Positions 36,001-50,345 of a stretch of 64,000 nucleotides of DNA are shown piece after piece. This DNA comes from Lama glama (Eukaryota): assembly GCA_028534125.1 (NCBI GenBank), contig CM052821.1, positions 53,754,001-53,818,000 of the forward strand. The letters run 5' to 3'. The position numbers were made by a program, and so were the translations under genes. The notes under the pieces were generated by a model that saw only the letters and a program-made list of their open reading frames with translations, was not told where the DNA came from and made no database searches. Numbering within the stretch: the first letter of the stretch is position 1; each line of letters starts with the position of its first letter.

Positions 36001-39000
36001 GGAGGCGGGAGGTGGACCCGAGCAGGGGCAGATGGAAAGTCAGGTGGAGCTGGGCTTGGGCGCAGGGAGAGCAGGAGCTCAGACTGGAGTGTCGGAGTGT
36101 CCGCTGGATGCAAGTGTGAATGTGGGGAGGGAGGGAGAAATGGAGGGGAGGGAGATGGAGGGAGAGGTAAAGGGAGGGCGGCAGGAAGGAGGTGCGCACA
36201 GCCGCGATCTGCCTTCCTGCCGCCTGTGAGCCTTCGAGTGTGCAAGGAGGGCCGAGGTGAGAAGTTCCCCAGGTTTGGGAGAAAGACTGCGTCAGGTGCA
36301 CAGAGGAGACATTACGAGTAACGAAGCAGGGCAGCGTGTCACCACTTTTCAGAAGGAAATGAGCCAGGGCAGCAGGGGCGCCAGACTGAGCCCCTGGGAT
36401 TCTAGCGGAAAACTGTGCAGTCCAAGGGCATTATGTCCTAAACGAAGGGAAAGCCAGCTTCTCCGCAAGATGAACTGAAGGCGGCTGCACTTCAGCCCTC
36501 GGACCCCAAGCCCCTGGATCCAGGCCGGGTCCGTAACTCAGGCGCTGTGAGTTTGGAGGCGGTGATGCGGTGATGCGGTGTGGGCCCGGCTCCGCTGGGC
36601 AAGGAGACGGCATTTTTGGTGATGGAGGTGGAAAGAGCGGGCATCTGCAGGGGCCACAGCAGCAGGCACTGCTCTGAGTTACGGCGCCACGGATGCACAG
36701 CCTCCGATACTGCTTTGTAAGCGGCAGCAGGGGGCTGCGTCTGCCCACGCGCCCCGGAGGAGTTCCTGACCAAGAAGCTCCTCCCTCCTCCCATGGACTT
36801 GGCCACGTCTCCAGTGGCTCTGCGAACCCCCCCCCCCGCAGAGAGGCCAATGGCCCTGGGGTGGGGCCCTGCCTCCATCTCCCTCTTGTGGGTTGACCTG
36901 GGCAAGACGGTGAACTCCCCCAAGCCCCCCAGTTTCCACATCTGAAAACGGGGCTCAACACTTCTACCCCACAGGGCCGGTGGAGACTAGACGAGCAGCA
37001 CGTGGCTGCCCTGCGCCGGCCCAGGTGACTGCTGCCTCCGCCCTCCCTGTCTGTCTTGGGGGGGGCCCTCTACCACGTTTATTTACCCGAGTGCGAGATG
37101 ACCTCAAGGATCGCCAACACGTGGGGACCAGCCACCAGGCCAAGCCCTTCACCAGGATCAACCCACTGAATTCTCAGGGTGCTTATGATCCCCGGTATTT
37201 ACATGGGGAAACTGAGGCATGGGGCGGAGGGAATACATGCCGGAGGTCACGGAGCCTGCAAGTGACACAGGTGGGCCTTGAACCTGAGCCATCTGACTCC
37301 CGCCCCAAACAGATGTGCTGCTTCCAATAATGCTGATGGTGACAATGACACTAAAAATCATCCACTCAAGAAGGGCAATGGCTTTATGACTGCACTGGGG
37401 CAACCCCACTGACGGAGCCAGTGACAGGTGCCTAGTAACAGTCGGCGCTCAGCAACGGCTCCTTCCTTCTCCCTCCCGTCCTCTGACCTTGTTCCTCCTT
37501 GATAGGGTTCTGCGTGTCTGCAGGGCCCTGCCTGGTGCCTGACCCCACACAGGACCAGGCTGAGGGCAACGAGGGTGAGGCCAGTCCACTGCCGGGCCTC
37601 CCGGCCCAGCATTTGCTCCCGGCCGGCCGCAGGCCCTCCCTGCAGCACCCTGGGGCCTCCCCTCGGGGTGACTATGAGAAGCCTCCTGCCTCAGTCTCCC
37701 CTGGAGGGCTCCAGGGCTGGGTCTTGACTCCAGAGTCCCCCAGACCCAAACAAGAGCCCAAAACAGGCATGGGGGTCCCCAGAAGAGGTCTGCACCTCAT
37801 GAGGAACCAAGCTGCTGAGTGTGAATTTGCAACCCTCTTCCCCCTCGGCCCTTCTTCCAAGAGGAAGGACTCTGGTCCTGCTCCCAGCGTGGGGAGAAGC
37901 TGGGCTGTGGGCCGGGAATGGAGACGCTCCCAGGATCTGGAGAAACTGGGATCAACCACAAAATACAGAGCTGGGGTGGGGGAGGGGAGGAGGAGGGAGA
38001 GGCCACAAAGGCCGGAGAGCTCTGGAGATGAAAGCAGAAAGAGAGAGAGGGAGAGGGAGAGAGACTTGGGGAGCAGGTGACGGATCCGAGCTGAAGGGCA
38101 CGCGTCTCAGCAACGCCCCGGGAAGCGCCCCCGCAGCTGCTGGAACGCGCGTGTTTGGAAGATCCCGGTGACAATTTGGATTACAGCAGCACAGGCTCTG
38201 GCTAGCTCTGGGAGAAACACTGATTACGGCCCCCCCACCTCTCCAGCCCCCCGCCCCCACCCCCACCGTGGCACCTCCCCGCGACCGCACCCACCACCGC
38301 GTGGCTGCAGACGTCCCCCTGCCGGGCTGGGTGTGCTCTCGCTGGCGCACCTCCCCTCCTGCCCACAGGCAAGGCTTGTTTAACCTCAGACAGCGTGCGT
38401 GGCCCCACGGTCTGTGCCACCCCCAGGCGGCAGCGCATCATTCTGTGACGGTCACCCACGTCTTCACGTGCCCCGCTGGACTCTGTGCCCCTAGCCCCCG
38501 GCACAGAGCCAGGGTGGGCTAAAGGTAGACAGGCACACACGGGGCGGTGCGGGGATTCCTGCCGCCACGGAGGGCAGGGAGCCGGAGCCCGCCTCGCCCT
38601 CCCGCCTCCATCGCACACCGACCACACAGGCTGTGACCTCGGGCAAGCCTGTCTGTGCTCCGAGCGCTTCGCCCGTGGGGTGCGCGCGAGAATCAAAGCA
38701 CAGAACACAGCAAGTGCTCAGGAGATGCTGCTGGAACCTCGGGGAACCATGGGCACCCACCAGGAGGCCCAGCAAGGTGACGTCTGCCCTGCTGTCAAAG
38801 TCCATCCCCTTTCCTCTGGGCTGGCGGCAGGCAGCCCAAGCAGGAAGCCCCTGGCCCGAGGTCACACAGAGAGTGGAGGGCAAAGCCGGAGCTGGGAGGC
38901 ACCCTGGGGATCCCCCATCCCGCATCCCGTCCGTGGAGGTTCCTACTGATTGTTTCTGAATAAATGATCGTATGGTTACAGAAACACTGTTCTGAGGGTG

Positions 39001-41144
39001 CAGACAGCAGAACCAGGAGGGACACACACAGGCTCTGAGCTCCGGAATGAACCGTCTCCCCTCTCAGACTGCACAGCCGGGTGAGCTCAGTCTGTCACTA
39101 GATGCCATGAGCTCAGACTTCACGTACTGTCCCTACAAGCTCGGGGACTCTTCCCCTCTGCAGCTGTTGTCCTTCAACCCCATCTGGATTGCGTAGCGCA
39201 GTGCCGGACACACAGCAGGTGCACAATGTGTGCAACGTGGGAAGGACGAGACGGCAGAGACAGGCAAGGGTTAACAGCAAGGGAGAGGCTGAGGACCGTG
39301 AGGACCAGACTCAGCGACTCAGAAAGGGACCAGCATGGTCCCTTTCAGTGTGAGCAAACCGGCCACAACCGGCAGGACGGCCACAACCCAGAAAGGCTGG
39401 CTCACGTCACCGCCTTGTCAGGTGTGCACGGAGGGAGGGATGGAGTGGCGGGGGGACACCTTCGTTTACATGGTAGCTTCTCAGTTCTCAAAACACGTGG
39501 CTTCGGGTAATGACATTTTCCAGTGGTTCTCAAACTGTAGTGCCTACAGGATGCCTGCTCAGGAGGCTGAGGCCCAGGAATTCATTTTAACAAAAACCCC
39601 AGGTGTGTCTGTGACAAGGGATCCACCTTCCAGGAAACCCCACCTCCGGGGCAGGGTCAACGTGGATGTATGGCCAGTGGTTTTGGGTGGGCTTGTGAGT
39701 CTCCCCCCCAACACCTCCCCTCTCCTCACAGTGGAGAGCAGACTCTTTTGCACCCATCACCTCCGCATGCCCAGGAGCCCGGCTCGGGGCCCCGCCCAGA
39801 GGACCCGCTCGGTCCACATTTGTCAAACTGAACTGAGCAAGGCTGTGTCTTCATCTCTGCATGACAGATGGGGCAATTACTTGATCGATAAGCACAAGCT
39901 GATTTAAGTGCATCTTATTAATTATTCAAGTCATTCATTATTGAAAAGGTCACTCTCTGTTAGCTACTTAAAGGATCATTAACTAGCTTGGTTGCATCTC
40001 CAGCAAGGAGGCAGCCAGGATCACGTGAGCACCTACTACGGGCAGGGCAGTTTATTTGACTCTCAGGACAACCCTGGGGAGGGGGTGGGGGTGTGCACCC
40101 TCACTCTCCACGCCTTCACCGGAGTTGGAAGGTTAAGAGGGTAAAGGAACTTGCCTGATGTGACGGAGCTGGAACATGATGTGCTGGGACTTGAACCTGG
40201 GCTGGGAGGCCCATAAAGCTCATGGACTTGGTGGTGATCCCCGTGTTGCAGGTTTTTGCACCTGGGTCTTGCAGACCGGGCTCAGGATTGTGACATCCTG
40301 GATGATGTACCCCGTGCCCTGTGTGCCTGTGGCTGCAGCTTAGCCCCCACAGAGCATCTGAACCCCACACCTGACCTCTGGACTTGAGCATCTGCCCTCA
40401 GCTTGGCTCCTGCCGGGGGCTGATGCCCGGCTTTGGTGCACAGTGGTTCCTGCTCCAAAATGCACAGACCCCCCCCCCACAGCTCTGCACTGTCCAGGGA
40501 CCCCCAGGTTAAGTTACTGCCTACATTTCACCAGCCTGGGGATGGACAGACATGAGAGTCACAGTAGAGGAAATCATGAACATACCCTTTGGGCACTGCT
40601 GGGGTAGCCACCTTATAAGGCCAGCTGAGGTCCCATCCCCTTTGCCAGCGTCCTGCCCTCCCCCTGAGCCATCACTGAGCAGCCTGCTTGCGTCGCCTCA
40701 GATGCCTTTCTGAGACTCAACATATGTGCATGCTGGAACCTGGCAATACGCTTATTTACTAACTTCATGCTGAAGAAAACCCATCCCTCAGCCCTGGACA
40801 GACCGACTCGCTTCCTTTGACCAGATAGTGAGAACTTAGAAAGACATCCAATTTCCCATTTTGCCTTGTTAGCCAGGAAACTCACAATCCATTTAATACT
40901 CAGTGGCAGCAGCTCTCACACAAGAATCTAAGGAAAAGAAATTTGCGAGCTTTGTTAGCAAGCATGGTTTCAACCTTTCATTTTGAATTTTCTGTTCCGG
41001 CACATGCAGTTACCACGAGCAACTTCAAATCCTTCATGGCAAATAAGATAAGCAAACAATCCAGTAATCGACGAGCCAAACACAGCAGCAATAAGGATCT
41101 GGCACCTTCCAAGCCCGTCAAAGACAAATGATCGCAGCCACTCA

Positions 41145-41519
<375 letters not shown>

Positions 41520-44009
41520 TCATCAGGGAGTTGATCTTAAAATGTGGCACAGAGGCTCATTTGGGGTCTCAGAGAGGGGGGATGGTGAGCCCCTCTGGGG
41601 GGCAGGGCATCTTGCTCCCTCTGCTCATGCCGACCCCCACTTCCTCTCCATCCACTGCCCTGTGCCCCCTCCCCGAGCATCCCCTCCAAGATACCTCCCT
41701 GGGCAGGGGGCCCCCACACTGTTACACCCTCTGGAAGGAATTCTCAGCTGGGCATCCGGGGCTTTCAGGATGGCCCCTGCTTTCACCCTCATGCCCCCTC
41801 CCCCATTGGTGCCACTCCCGGCCCTGCCAGCTGTCTCCCGTGGGGGACCCCTGCTTGCCCACCCTCCTGGCCCTTGCTTATGCTGCTCCTGCCACCTGGG
41901 AGGCTCTCTTAGCATCCGCACCGCCTCTTCCCCTCTCCCGCCAGACCCTCCCCTTCTTTCTGGACCCAGGGCAAACGCAGGAAGTCTGCTGTCTTAGGAC
42001 AAACCCACCCAAATTCCAGAGCCATCAACCTCCCGGTCTTCAGCATCCACACTGGGCCACCTCGCACCCCCAGGTGCCTCATGGAACTCGGCCAGTGCCC
42101 CCCAGCACCTGGGGGAGGCCCAGGGCTGGCTCCCTTCCAGCCTACTCCATCTTGCTCCCTCCCAGGAGCCCAGGGAACAGGGCTTCAGCTTAGCTGCCCT
42201 CCCCCCACGCCATGCAGCAGGCACTGGTCTGTCTGCCAGTCACATGCCTTTCAAACCCTGCTCTGTCCCCTCCGCGATTCCTCTTCATCAGGCACCACCA
42301 GACTGCGTGGCTGGGGTCTCAGAGTCAGCCCTGCCCCCCAACATCGATTCTCTTACTCCTCCACCCAACATTCCCACGCTGAGCGCTAGTCCGCCCTCCA
42401 GAAGCAGAGATGTTGAAGGGTTTTGAGCTGAGTGTACACGGCCCCTCTTGGAAGGGAAGCTGGCTCCCGGCCAGGCCGCCTCCTCCCCAGGGAGCATGCC
42501 CTGCTTGCCCGGACGCTGGGCCATTGCACGGGCTGTGCCTTCGGCCTGGCCAGCACTTCCTGTTTCTTGCCTCCTTCCTGCCCTCTTGGTCTCCTACCAC
42601 TGGCTCTTGGAGGCTGCCTCCCCCAGGAAGCCTCCCAGACACGCTGCCCCTCCTGCACGCTGGCTCAGGTGCTTCCTCCGGCCTGAGTGCCACTCAAGCC
42701 CTCCCCTACCACCCGGCTGTGCTGCAGGGCCTGAGCCTCCCCGGCACCCGGGGGGGCTGCTTCCTGGACTTGTACTGCAGCTGGGCTGCTGAGCGCCGAA
42801 CAGTGCTCTCCCGGGACTGCGGCTGTTTAAAGGGACCGATTTATTAATCACTCAGACGCCGCCTCCATCTGCTGCCTGCTGCGGGCATCTGCTCCGGTGG
42901 GTGTGCGCTGGCAGGTGGCGAAGAGGAGGCGCGCTGGGAGGCAGAGCCAGTGTCCAGCCTCGCTGCCCACATCCCAGTGGGAGGGACCTGCCCTGACTCT
43001 CACCAGACACCCCTCGGTGACCTGGGTCCCCACGGCAGGTCCCTCTAGGTGCTGGCTGAAGCCGGGGAGCACGAGCCTGAAGCCAGGAGGCCTGCTCTGG
43101 TTCCTCCTTGGCCCGGCTCTGCTGTGTGGCCTGGGGGGACCCCGTGTGTCTCTGGGCCTGGAGGAGATGGAGTGAAGCCTTTCCCAGCCTCAGTATCCAG
43201 ATTCTGGATCTTTCCAGCTTGGTTCACCCCTGTCCAGCCCTGGCCTCTGCAGGGAGATGGGGGCTGCCCTCCTTGGAGCCCTCCAGCCCCCTGCCAGGGC
43301 TGGGCCCAGGCAGGGATGCTGAGTTTCACTCACACATGCCCTCTGCATGGATTGCCTCCTACCCCCACCCTGGGGGCTCTTCGAGGGGAGGCTTTTCATG
43401 TCCCAAGCACCTCAAGTGGAGGGACTGGCAGGTGCTTGGGGCTTGGTATCTGCTGGAGGAATGAGTAACCCAACAATTCTGCATCATGGCACCTTTGATC
43501 CCTTCTGTGGCTCCACCTCCAGCTACCACTTCTAGGAGGCCGGCAGCAGCAGCTGTTTCAGGGGCTTGTTCATACTAAAGTGTGAATGACTGATAGCTCA
43601 GGCCCCCAAACTGCCTTATTTCAAGGGGAAGCTAGCTTCACTTGGAGATATCTGGATGTAGAAGTCCTGCCAGAGAATAGAGGCCAGCAGCCCTGTCTGG
43701 CATGCTGAGGCTGGAGTCCTGGGGGACGTCCACATGGACAGAGGAGGAGGACATGGCTCCAGCCCCTGGCACTCTTGCTTTCCCCAGCATCCTCTCTGCA
43801 GCCTCCCCTGTAGCCCCCACAGAGTTGCTCTAAGCATCAGGTTTTCCTCGGTGGTTCCCATGGCAGCAGCCGCGGGGGCTGAGGAAGGGGAGCAGGGAGG
43901 GAGAGGTGGGCAGCTGTTTGCAGATGCTGCCCCACAGAGAGGGAGGCCATGACGCCAGCTGGGGGTGGGAGCTGGAATGCGGCTGGGCTTAGAGCCACCA
44001 GGACTAAGA

Positions 44010-44250
44010 AATAACAATAGCAACACATGCAGCAGCTGGTGTGCACGGCTGTAAACGTTTTACACATCTCAGCCCATTCAACACTCAAAACATACATGGA
44101 AGGAAGTATTACTGTCATCATCCCCATCCTATGATGGAAACTGAGGCTCAGAGGATTAAGAGGCATGTCTAAGATCTCACAGCCACTAAGGACTTGCACG
44201 CCGCAGTCCAGCTCCAGAGCGCACACCGTCAACCACAGCATCATACCATT
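44010..44250 (-). mobile_element. MIR (near full length)
   Basis: catcatccccatcctatgatggaaactgaggctcagaggattaag...cacagccactaag. Confidence 0.8.
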
Positions 44251-44693
44251 TAAGGCAGGCACCCCCAGGGTTCTCTGGGCAAACAAGCCGCCTCCAGGCT
44301 TCTGTCTACATTGCTCCTCGGCCTGAAACTTGCTCCCTCCCTCCTGTGCAGGCAGCTGGCCCTGCCCCCCCCCCCGTCTCAGTGCTGCCACCAACTTCTC
44401 CAGGAAGCCTTCATTGATGTCCTGTGTTAGGTCCCATCCCTCCCCTGGGCTCCCAGAGCCACTGGGTTTCCCAGAACACACTCTGTCTTTGCTGCCTTGT
44501 AGGACTGCCTGCGTCTCAAGATCAGAGCTCCTTGAAGCGAGGGTCGGGTTATCTTTGCATGCCCAGCCTGGGCAGCTCCCCTGCCTTCCAGAGCCTGCCC
44601 TCCATGGCTGGCTGGCTGGAAGCATTCTGGTTTTTAAAATTTAATTTAAAAACGTGATCTGGAAGTTAACTTCGTCCAGATGCAGGGGTTTTT

Positions 44694-44696
<3 letters not shown>

Positions 44697-44736
<40 letters not shown>
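44697..44736. repeat. (GT)n microsatellite, about 19-20 units
   Basis: Uninterrupted tg run. Confidence 0.98.
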
Positions 44737-44739
<3 letters not shown>

Positions 44740-45499
44740 CATTTTATAAAGGGCAGAAGAAAATGGAGGTTGTTTTATGGGGCAAGATGTGAAGCCAGCC
44801 AAAGCCACAGATACCAATTTTTCAGTGTATTTTGGGAGAGTTACAGATTCAGATTCTTTTGGTGTTTCCCAAGCAACAAACAAAACCTTCTTTGATGGAG
44901 GAATCTCACTGAAGAACTTCCGGAGGCAGGAGCAGTTACGTCAGCTGGCTGTGGCCAGATGGAAGTTCCATCGCCACCCATGGGCAGTCCCAGTCAAGGA
45001 TGGAGGAGGTGAGTTCCTGAGGCCACTGTGTCAGAAAGGAATACGGCTGCAGGGCTCATGGCTGGGCCGGGGCTGGCCAGGAGAGGGCTGGTGGCCCCTC
45101 AGCCAACCTCACCCAGAATATCTGAGCACTGAGCCCACACATGGGTCAGTGTGACAAGCTGATAACCCTGGTGACTAAATTCCGGGCCAAGGAGGTCAGG
45201 CCTGTGTGGATTCAAATTCCAGCTCAGCAAAATTCTCTCTCCATGATCTCAGGAAAACGAGCTTTACTTTCCTCCTCTGGAAAATGGGAATAATTCGCCC
45301 TGCTTAATGGTGTGATTGTGAGGCTTAATGAGCTGACACAGGGCCTGGAGGAGAAAGGACCCAGTGAGTGCTGGCTCTTGGGATTAAAGCACAGAGAGAG
45401 TGCTCACTAGATCTAGGCCCAGAGAGGCAAAGTGACTTGCCCAAGGTCACACAGTAGAACTGAAATTGTCTAGTGCAGTGGAGGAGTGTGGGCTTGGGG

Positions 45500-45906
45500 C
45501 TAATGAATCAGAGTCCACTACCACCAGAATACTCATCATCCTCCCTGCAGGCCTGCCCATGGGGTCTGTCCCTGTACCTCTTCCTGCCCTGCTGACAACA
45601 GGCTTGACCACGTGACGTGCTTTGGCCAAAAAAAGGTCAGCGAAAGTGTCAGAGTGATTCTGAGCAGAAGCTTAAGAGTCACCTTGTAATTTCACCATCA
45701 CTCTTCCCTCTGCCTTGGGGACATCCTGCCCTGGAGGGGACTGCTTGATCAGCCTGCTTGATCACAGAATGCTCCGTGCACAGAGCCACAAGGTGACCCG
45801 AGGAAGCCATAGGATATGAGTCAAAAATCAGCCTCTGTGTCTTGAGCCCCAGGGCCCCAGGGGCTGCTCATTATCTCAGCATAACTGAGCCTGGATGACT
45901 GATACA
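45500..45906. mobile_element. Old MLT1-family solo LTR
   Basis: ggcttgaccacgtgacgtgctttggccaa...ttatctcagcataactgagcctggatgactgataca. Confidence 0.65.
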
Positions 45907-46410
45907 CCTGCCCCAGACCTTGCTGTGCCACTGTGTGCTGTGTGACTACAGGCAAGTTTTCACCCTCTCTGTGCCTCAGCCTTGACCTAATGAGGCCAGT
46001 GGGACCTTCTTCACAGATAACACCTCTACTCAGATGAAAGGATTTAGTGCAAGTCAGGCCCCTGGAGGTCCAATAAATGCCCATAAACATTCATGTGTCC
46101 CCCACCCCTGGCTTGGTGGTGTGAGTTCAGACTAGGAAACCTCACGGATTCGAGAACCTTTTTAGTCTTTACAAGGCTGACTATGTGTATGTCGGTTTTA
46201 TGCCTAACGGGGCTTGATAGGGTTGAGTGACTGACAAGAACATCCAGAAACTTCTGACCCAGCTCAGAGGCTGGATTCAGAGCTCAAAGCATGTTGGACA
46301 GTGATGTAAGGTCCTCAGGCCTGACCAGCTGCCACACGTCGGCCATCAGCGTGGCTGGAGCACCTCTGGGCACTGGGGAAGGACAGCGTGCGGGGCAGAG
46401 AGGCTTCACC

Positions 46411-46910
46411 NNNNNNNNNNNNNNNNNNNNNNNNNNNNNNNNNNNNNNNNNNNNNNNNNNNNNNNNNNNNNNNNNNNNNNNNNNNNNNNNNNNNNNNNNN
46501 NNNNNNNNNNNNNNNNNNNNNNNNNNNNNNNNNNNNNNNNNNNNNNNNNNNNNNNNNNNNNNNNNNNNNNNNNNNNNNNNNNNNNNNNNNNNNNNNNNNN
46601 NNNNNNNNNNNNNNNNNNNNNNNNNNNNNNNNNNNNNNNNNNNNNNNNNNNNNNNNNNNNNNNNNNNNNNNNNNNNNNNNNNNNNNNNNNNNNNNNNNNN
46701 NNNNNNNNNNNNNNNNNNNNNNNNNNNNNNNNNNNNNNNNNNNNNNNNNNNNNNNNNNNNNNNNNNNNNNNNNNNNNNNNNNNNNNNNNNNNNNNNNNNN
46801 NNNNNNNNNNNNNNNNNNNNNNNNNNNNNNNNNNNNNNNNNNNNNNNNNNNNNNNNNNNNNNNNNNNNNNNNNNNNNNNNNNNNNNNNNNNNNNNNNNNN
46901 NNNNNNNNNN
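46411..46910. other. 500-N assembly gap in a SHISAL1 intron
   Basis: Run of N. Confidence 0.99.
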
Positions 46911-49039
46911 CTTGCTTTCTAGATGCACCTGGGGGTGGCAGAGCCCACTGGCTGGAACTAGGGTCCCGGTGTCCCTTGACCTTGACAGGTGACTTCACCA
47001 GCCTGGGCCCAGCCCTTCTTCCTTCCTCGCAGAGTAGCTGTGAGGGCTAAGATAACACAGGCGTCCTGCCCAGAGTGGTCAGAGGCCCAAAGGGCAGGAC
47101 GGTCCCAGAGGCAGACTCCACCTGGCTCTCCTCACATCCCCAGGGCACTCAGGACCTCCTGGCCATGCAGGCCTGTCCCACCCTCTTCACGGACCTATCC
47201 TCCTACTCCCTGTGGCCCATCCTCCAGCTGTCCCCTCTGTGCCCAAGCTCTGGCTGGACACAAGGCCCTGGTCCAGCTCCCTCGGCTCAGGCCTTCTCCA
47301 CAAGGCCCCCTAACTCAGGCAACTCAGTGGGGGCCTCCAGCACCTCTGGTCTGAGCCCTGGATTGGTCATCTCCTGGGTGATCCTGGCCCCTCCCCTCAG
47401 CGGGGCCTCAGCCTTGCCCAAGTCACCCTCACGGCTTCTGTGGTGTCCTAGGTCCTTGTCCCATGCACCACGCATGAGCACAAATCCAGCTTAAAGCCTT
47501 CAGGGCCCTCAGGAGGAAACCCAAGCTCCTCTCCCTCTGCCCCCCAGCCCAGGAATCACCCCCCCACCAGCTCCTGCTGCCTCTCCCCACGGCTCCCCTG
47601 GCATTTCATATCCAAGCTGCAAGGAACTTGTCCCGGAAATGCTCCTTCCTCTGAGCTCTGTGGCTCCCACCTTCTTAAACACTTTTGGAGGTGGGAGACC
47701 AAGCACCACGCCTCCCTCACGAATCTCGGGACTGCAGTGCAGCCCGGGTGAGGGGCACACCCAGTTCTGGGCAGGCGCGGGCCCCCTCGGGGCCTCTGTC
47801 CATGTCTGAGGGACGGGGGGGCGGTGGGACGCTCTGCGAGGATGAATGAGGAGGGACCCCTCCAGAGCAGCACTCTCAATGTGAAAATCCTGCATGCCAC
47901 GCTCGGCAGCGTCAGGAGACGTGACTGGTTGTCACAGCCAGTCAGTGGGGAGAGGGTGCGGCCAGGGTCCAGTGGGTGGTGGCCAGCATCCCACAACACA
48001 CAGAGCGACCCCCACAAAGAAGGACCAGGGCCCCGATGTCCACGGTGCCGCAGAGGGGTCGCTGCTCTAGGCCCTCCATTGGTGGAAGTCCCAGATTTAT
48101 TAAAGCAGCCTCTGGAGTCTGGTTGACTCCCATCTCCACCCTGACTGGCTGCCTCAGTCAGGCAAGTTACTCAGCCTCTCCAGGCTTCACCTTCCTTGTG
48201 TGTAAAGTGCACTAAGGGTGTGCTGCTAGGTGACATCAGAGGGTTGAGCACAGAGCCAGTCCCGTGCCATGCACTCAGCAAATGCTCACTGAGTTTCCAG
48301 AATAAAAACTAAGCTAAAATTCCTCAGTGCTTCCATGCCTCCCCAGAAAAGGGATTTGTTTTGTGGTCAGACTCTTCATTATCCGGAGACAGGACCCACT
48401 GTGCTGAAATGGTGGAGTATTCCGTGTGAGTCTTGTATAAATGTGCAGAGCACAGAAACCTGTGGGCTTCAGAATGAGGATCCCAGTCACCACCCACCGA
48501 AGCCTCGGAGAAGTCTGGCCGCCTTGCCAAGCCTCTGTCTTCTGCCTGGCTTTCAGCCGGCAACTACAACACTTCAGGGTCCTAACCCCAGTCCTGGCTC
48601 CGCCCTCTGCACTCAGGGAATTAGTCTTTGGTCTTATAAAAGGCTTAGGTCAAGTTCTAGGCTTGATTCCAGCCCTCGTGACAGACAAAGCTTGCTGAAC
48701 TACTTCACATAGAATTATTCTAAGGTCTGAGCAGATGGCAAGATATTCAGGGGAAGCACCAGTGCATTTGAGGAAGGAAGGCTGGGGGAGCCGGCCTTGG
48801 TGGGAGGAGGAGAGATTTGGATGGCAGTCAAGGGATTTGCATCTCCTGCCTGACCAGAGGGAAGAGGCAACTTCCCTCAAGGGAGCACGTCATGGTAGCA
48901 AAACATTCAAGCTCCAACATCAGAGAGATGGAGGCTCAGACCCCACCCCACCACTCCCAGTGGTGTCACTAATCCCTTCAACAGTCACTCAACAAACACT
49001 CCTTCCAAGTGAATTTTTCCTTATCATGAAAAAAATATA

Positions 49040-50345
49040 TCCTTCCAAAGATTCAGCCTCAGGCTTATTGAGAAAATATCTGAAGCATCCACATTAAAGC
49101 CAGGAAGAAGGTAAAACCGCCTGACAATTTCGAAGATAATTTTAGAGGTACTAGCCAGCATGATTGGACAAGAAAAAGAAGTGAGGCACAAAAATCGGAA
49201 AGCAAGAGGTGAAATTATCATTGTTGCAAGATGGCGTAATTGGACACCTAAGAGAATCAGCTGAAAAAGTATTACAAAGATAAGAAATTTCAGTAAGGTG
49301 GCTGAGTGAAAAATTCATATTTAGAAGTCACAGGGTTTTATCATTTAAACAGCAGTCGGTTAGAAGATATAGAGGAAAAAAGACTCTATTATACAATAGC
49401 AGCGTGAAAAGAAGTTAAGTATGAATAAATGCAAAATATATGTGTAATACCTGTATGCAGGAAACTCCAAGACACTCCGAAGGAAAATTTGAACAAATGG
49501 AAAGACATACTGTGTTCTTGGATAGGAATATTTCACATCATGAAAAGTCCATTCCCCTTGAATTAATCTATGAATTCAATGCAGTCTCAGTAAAAGATGC
49601 TAACTAGATTTCTTTTGACAGGGAGACTGCACAAACTAATTCTAAACTTCTCATGACCAAAGGGCTGTAAGAACAGACTAAGAAGACATTCAAACATATC
49701 AAAAGCTAGTTAACCCAAAGAGGTAGCAATGCACATGTGAACAGACCAGTGAAAGCCATCACAGTCTACCCAGATCCTCAAATTTAGTATATTATAGTAT
49801 ATGGTAAGTTTGCATTTCACATCAGTGGTGAGGAGAAGATGGACAATTCAATAATTGGTGTTGGGATAACTGCCTACCCATTTGGGGGAAAAGAAAAAGT
49901 TGGATTCCTACTTTCCATCCAAATTAAAAACCTTACAGTCAAATAAATTCCTGACAGATAAAAGATTTGAAGGCAAAAAATGAAAACATAAAAGAAAACA
50001 TGAGGGAATTTTTAATAATCTCAGAGTATGGAAAACCTTTCTCAGCATGATACAAAGCCCACAAGACATAAAAGAAAAAAAATGGGTACAATTAGATTAA
50101 ATAACAATTACAAATTAAGCGTGATGAAAAAAATCATCATAAATTCAAAGAACACACTGAGAAAATATTTTCAATACATCCTATTTCCTTCATATATAAA
50201 GAATTCCTGTAAACAAATAAGAAAAAGGCCAAAAATTCAACAGGCAACAGCAGAGGACATAAACAGCTAGCTCACAATAAAAGAAATACACACTCTCAGA
50301 TGTGTGAAATATGCTCAGTTTCACTCATAATAAGAGAAATAAGTG
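49040..50345 (+). mobile_element. Old L1 ORF2 (RT to C-terminal region), antisense to SHISAL1
   Basis: gaaatttcagtaaggtggctg, aacaaatggaaagacatactgtgttcttggataggaata and ttcaataattggtgttgggataactg; strongly A-rich. Confidence 0.85.

Noticed and set aside
36360-36385. CTCF sites (also ~3295-3315, ~9270-9290 and ~42905-42922)
   Set aside because: Partial matches only. Such matches are frequent in GC-rich sequence and need PWM scoring or ChIP.
43837-44625. 262-aa minus-strand ORF
   Set aside because: Composed of L2- and MIR-derived sequence.
46284-47050. ORFs over 200 aa spanning the 500-N gap (and similar ones at 28692-29244)
   Set aside because: Artefacts of translating N.
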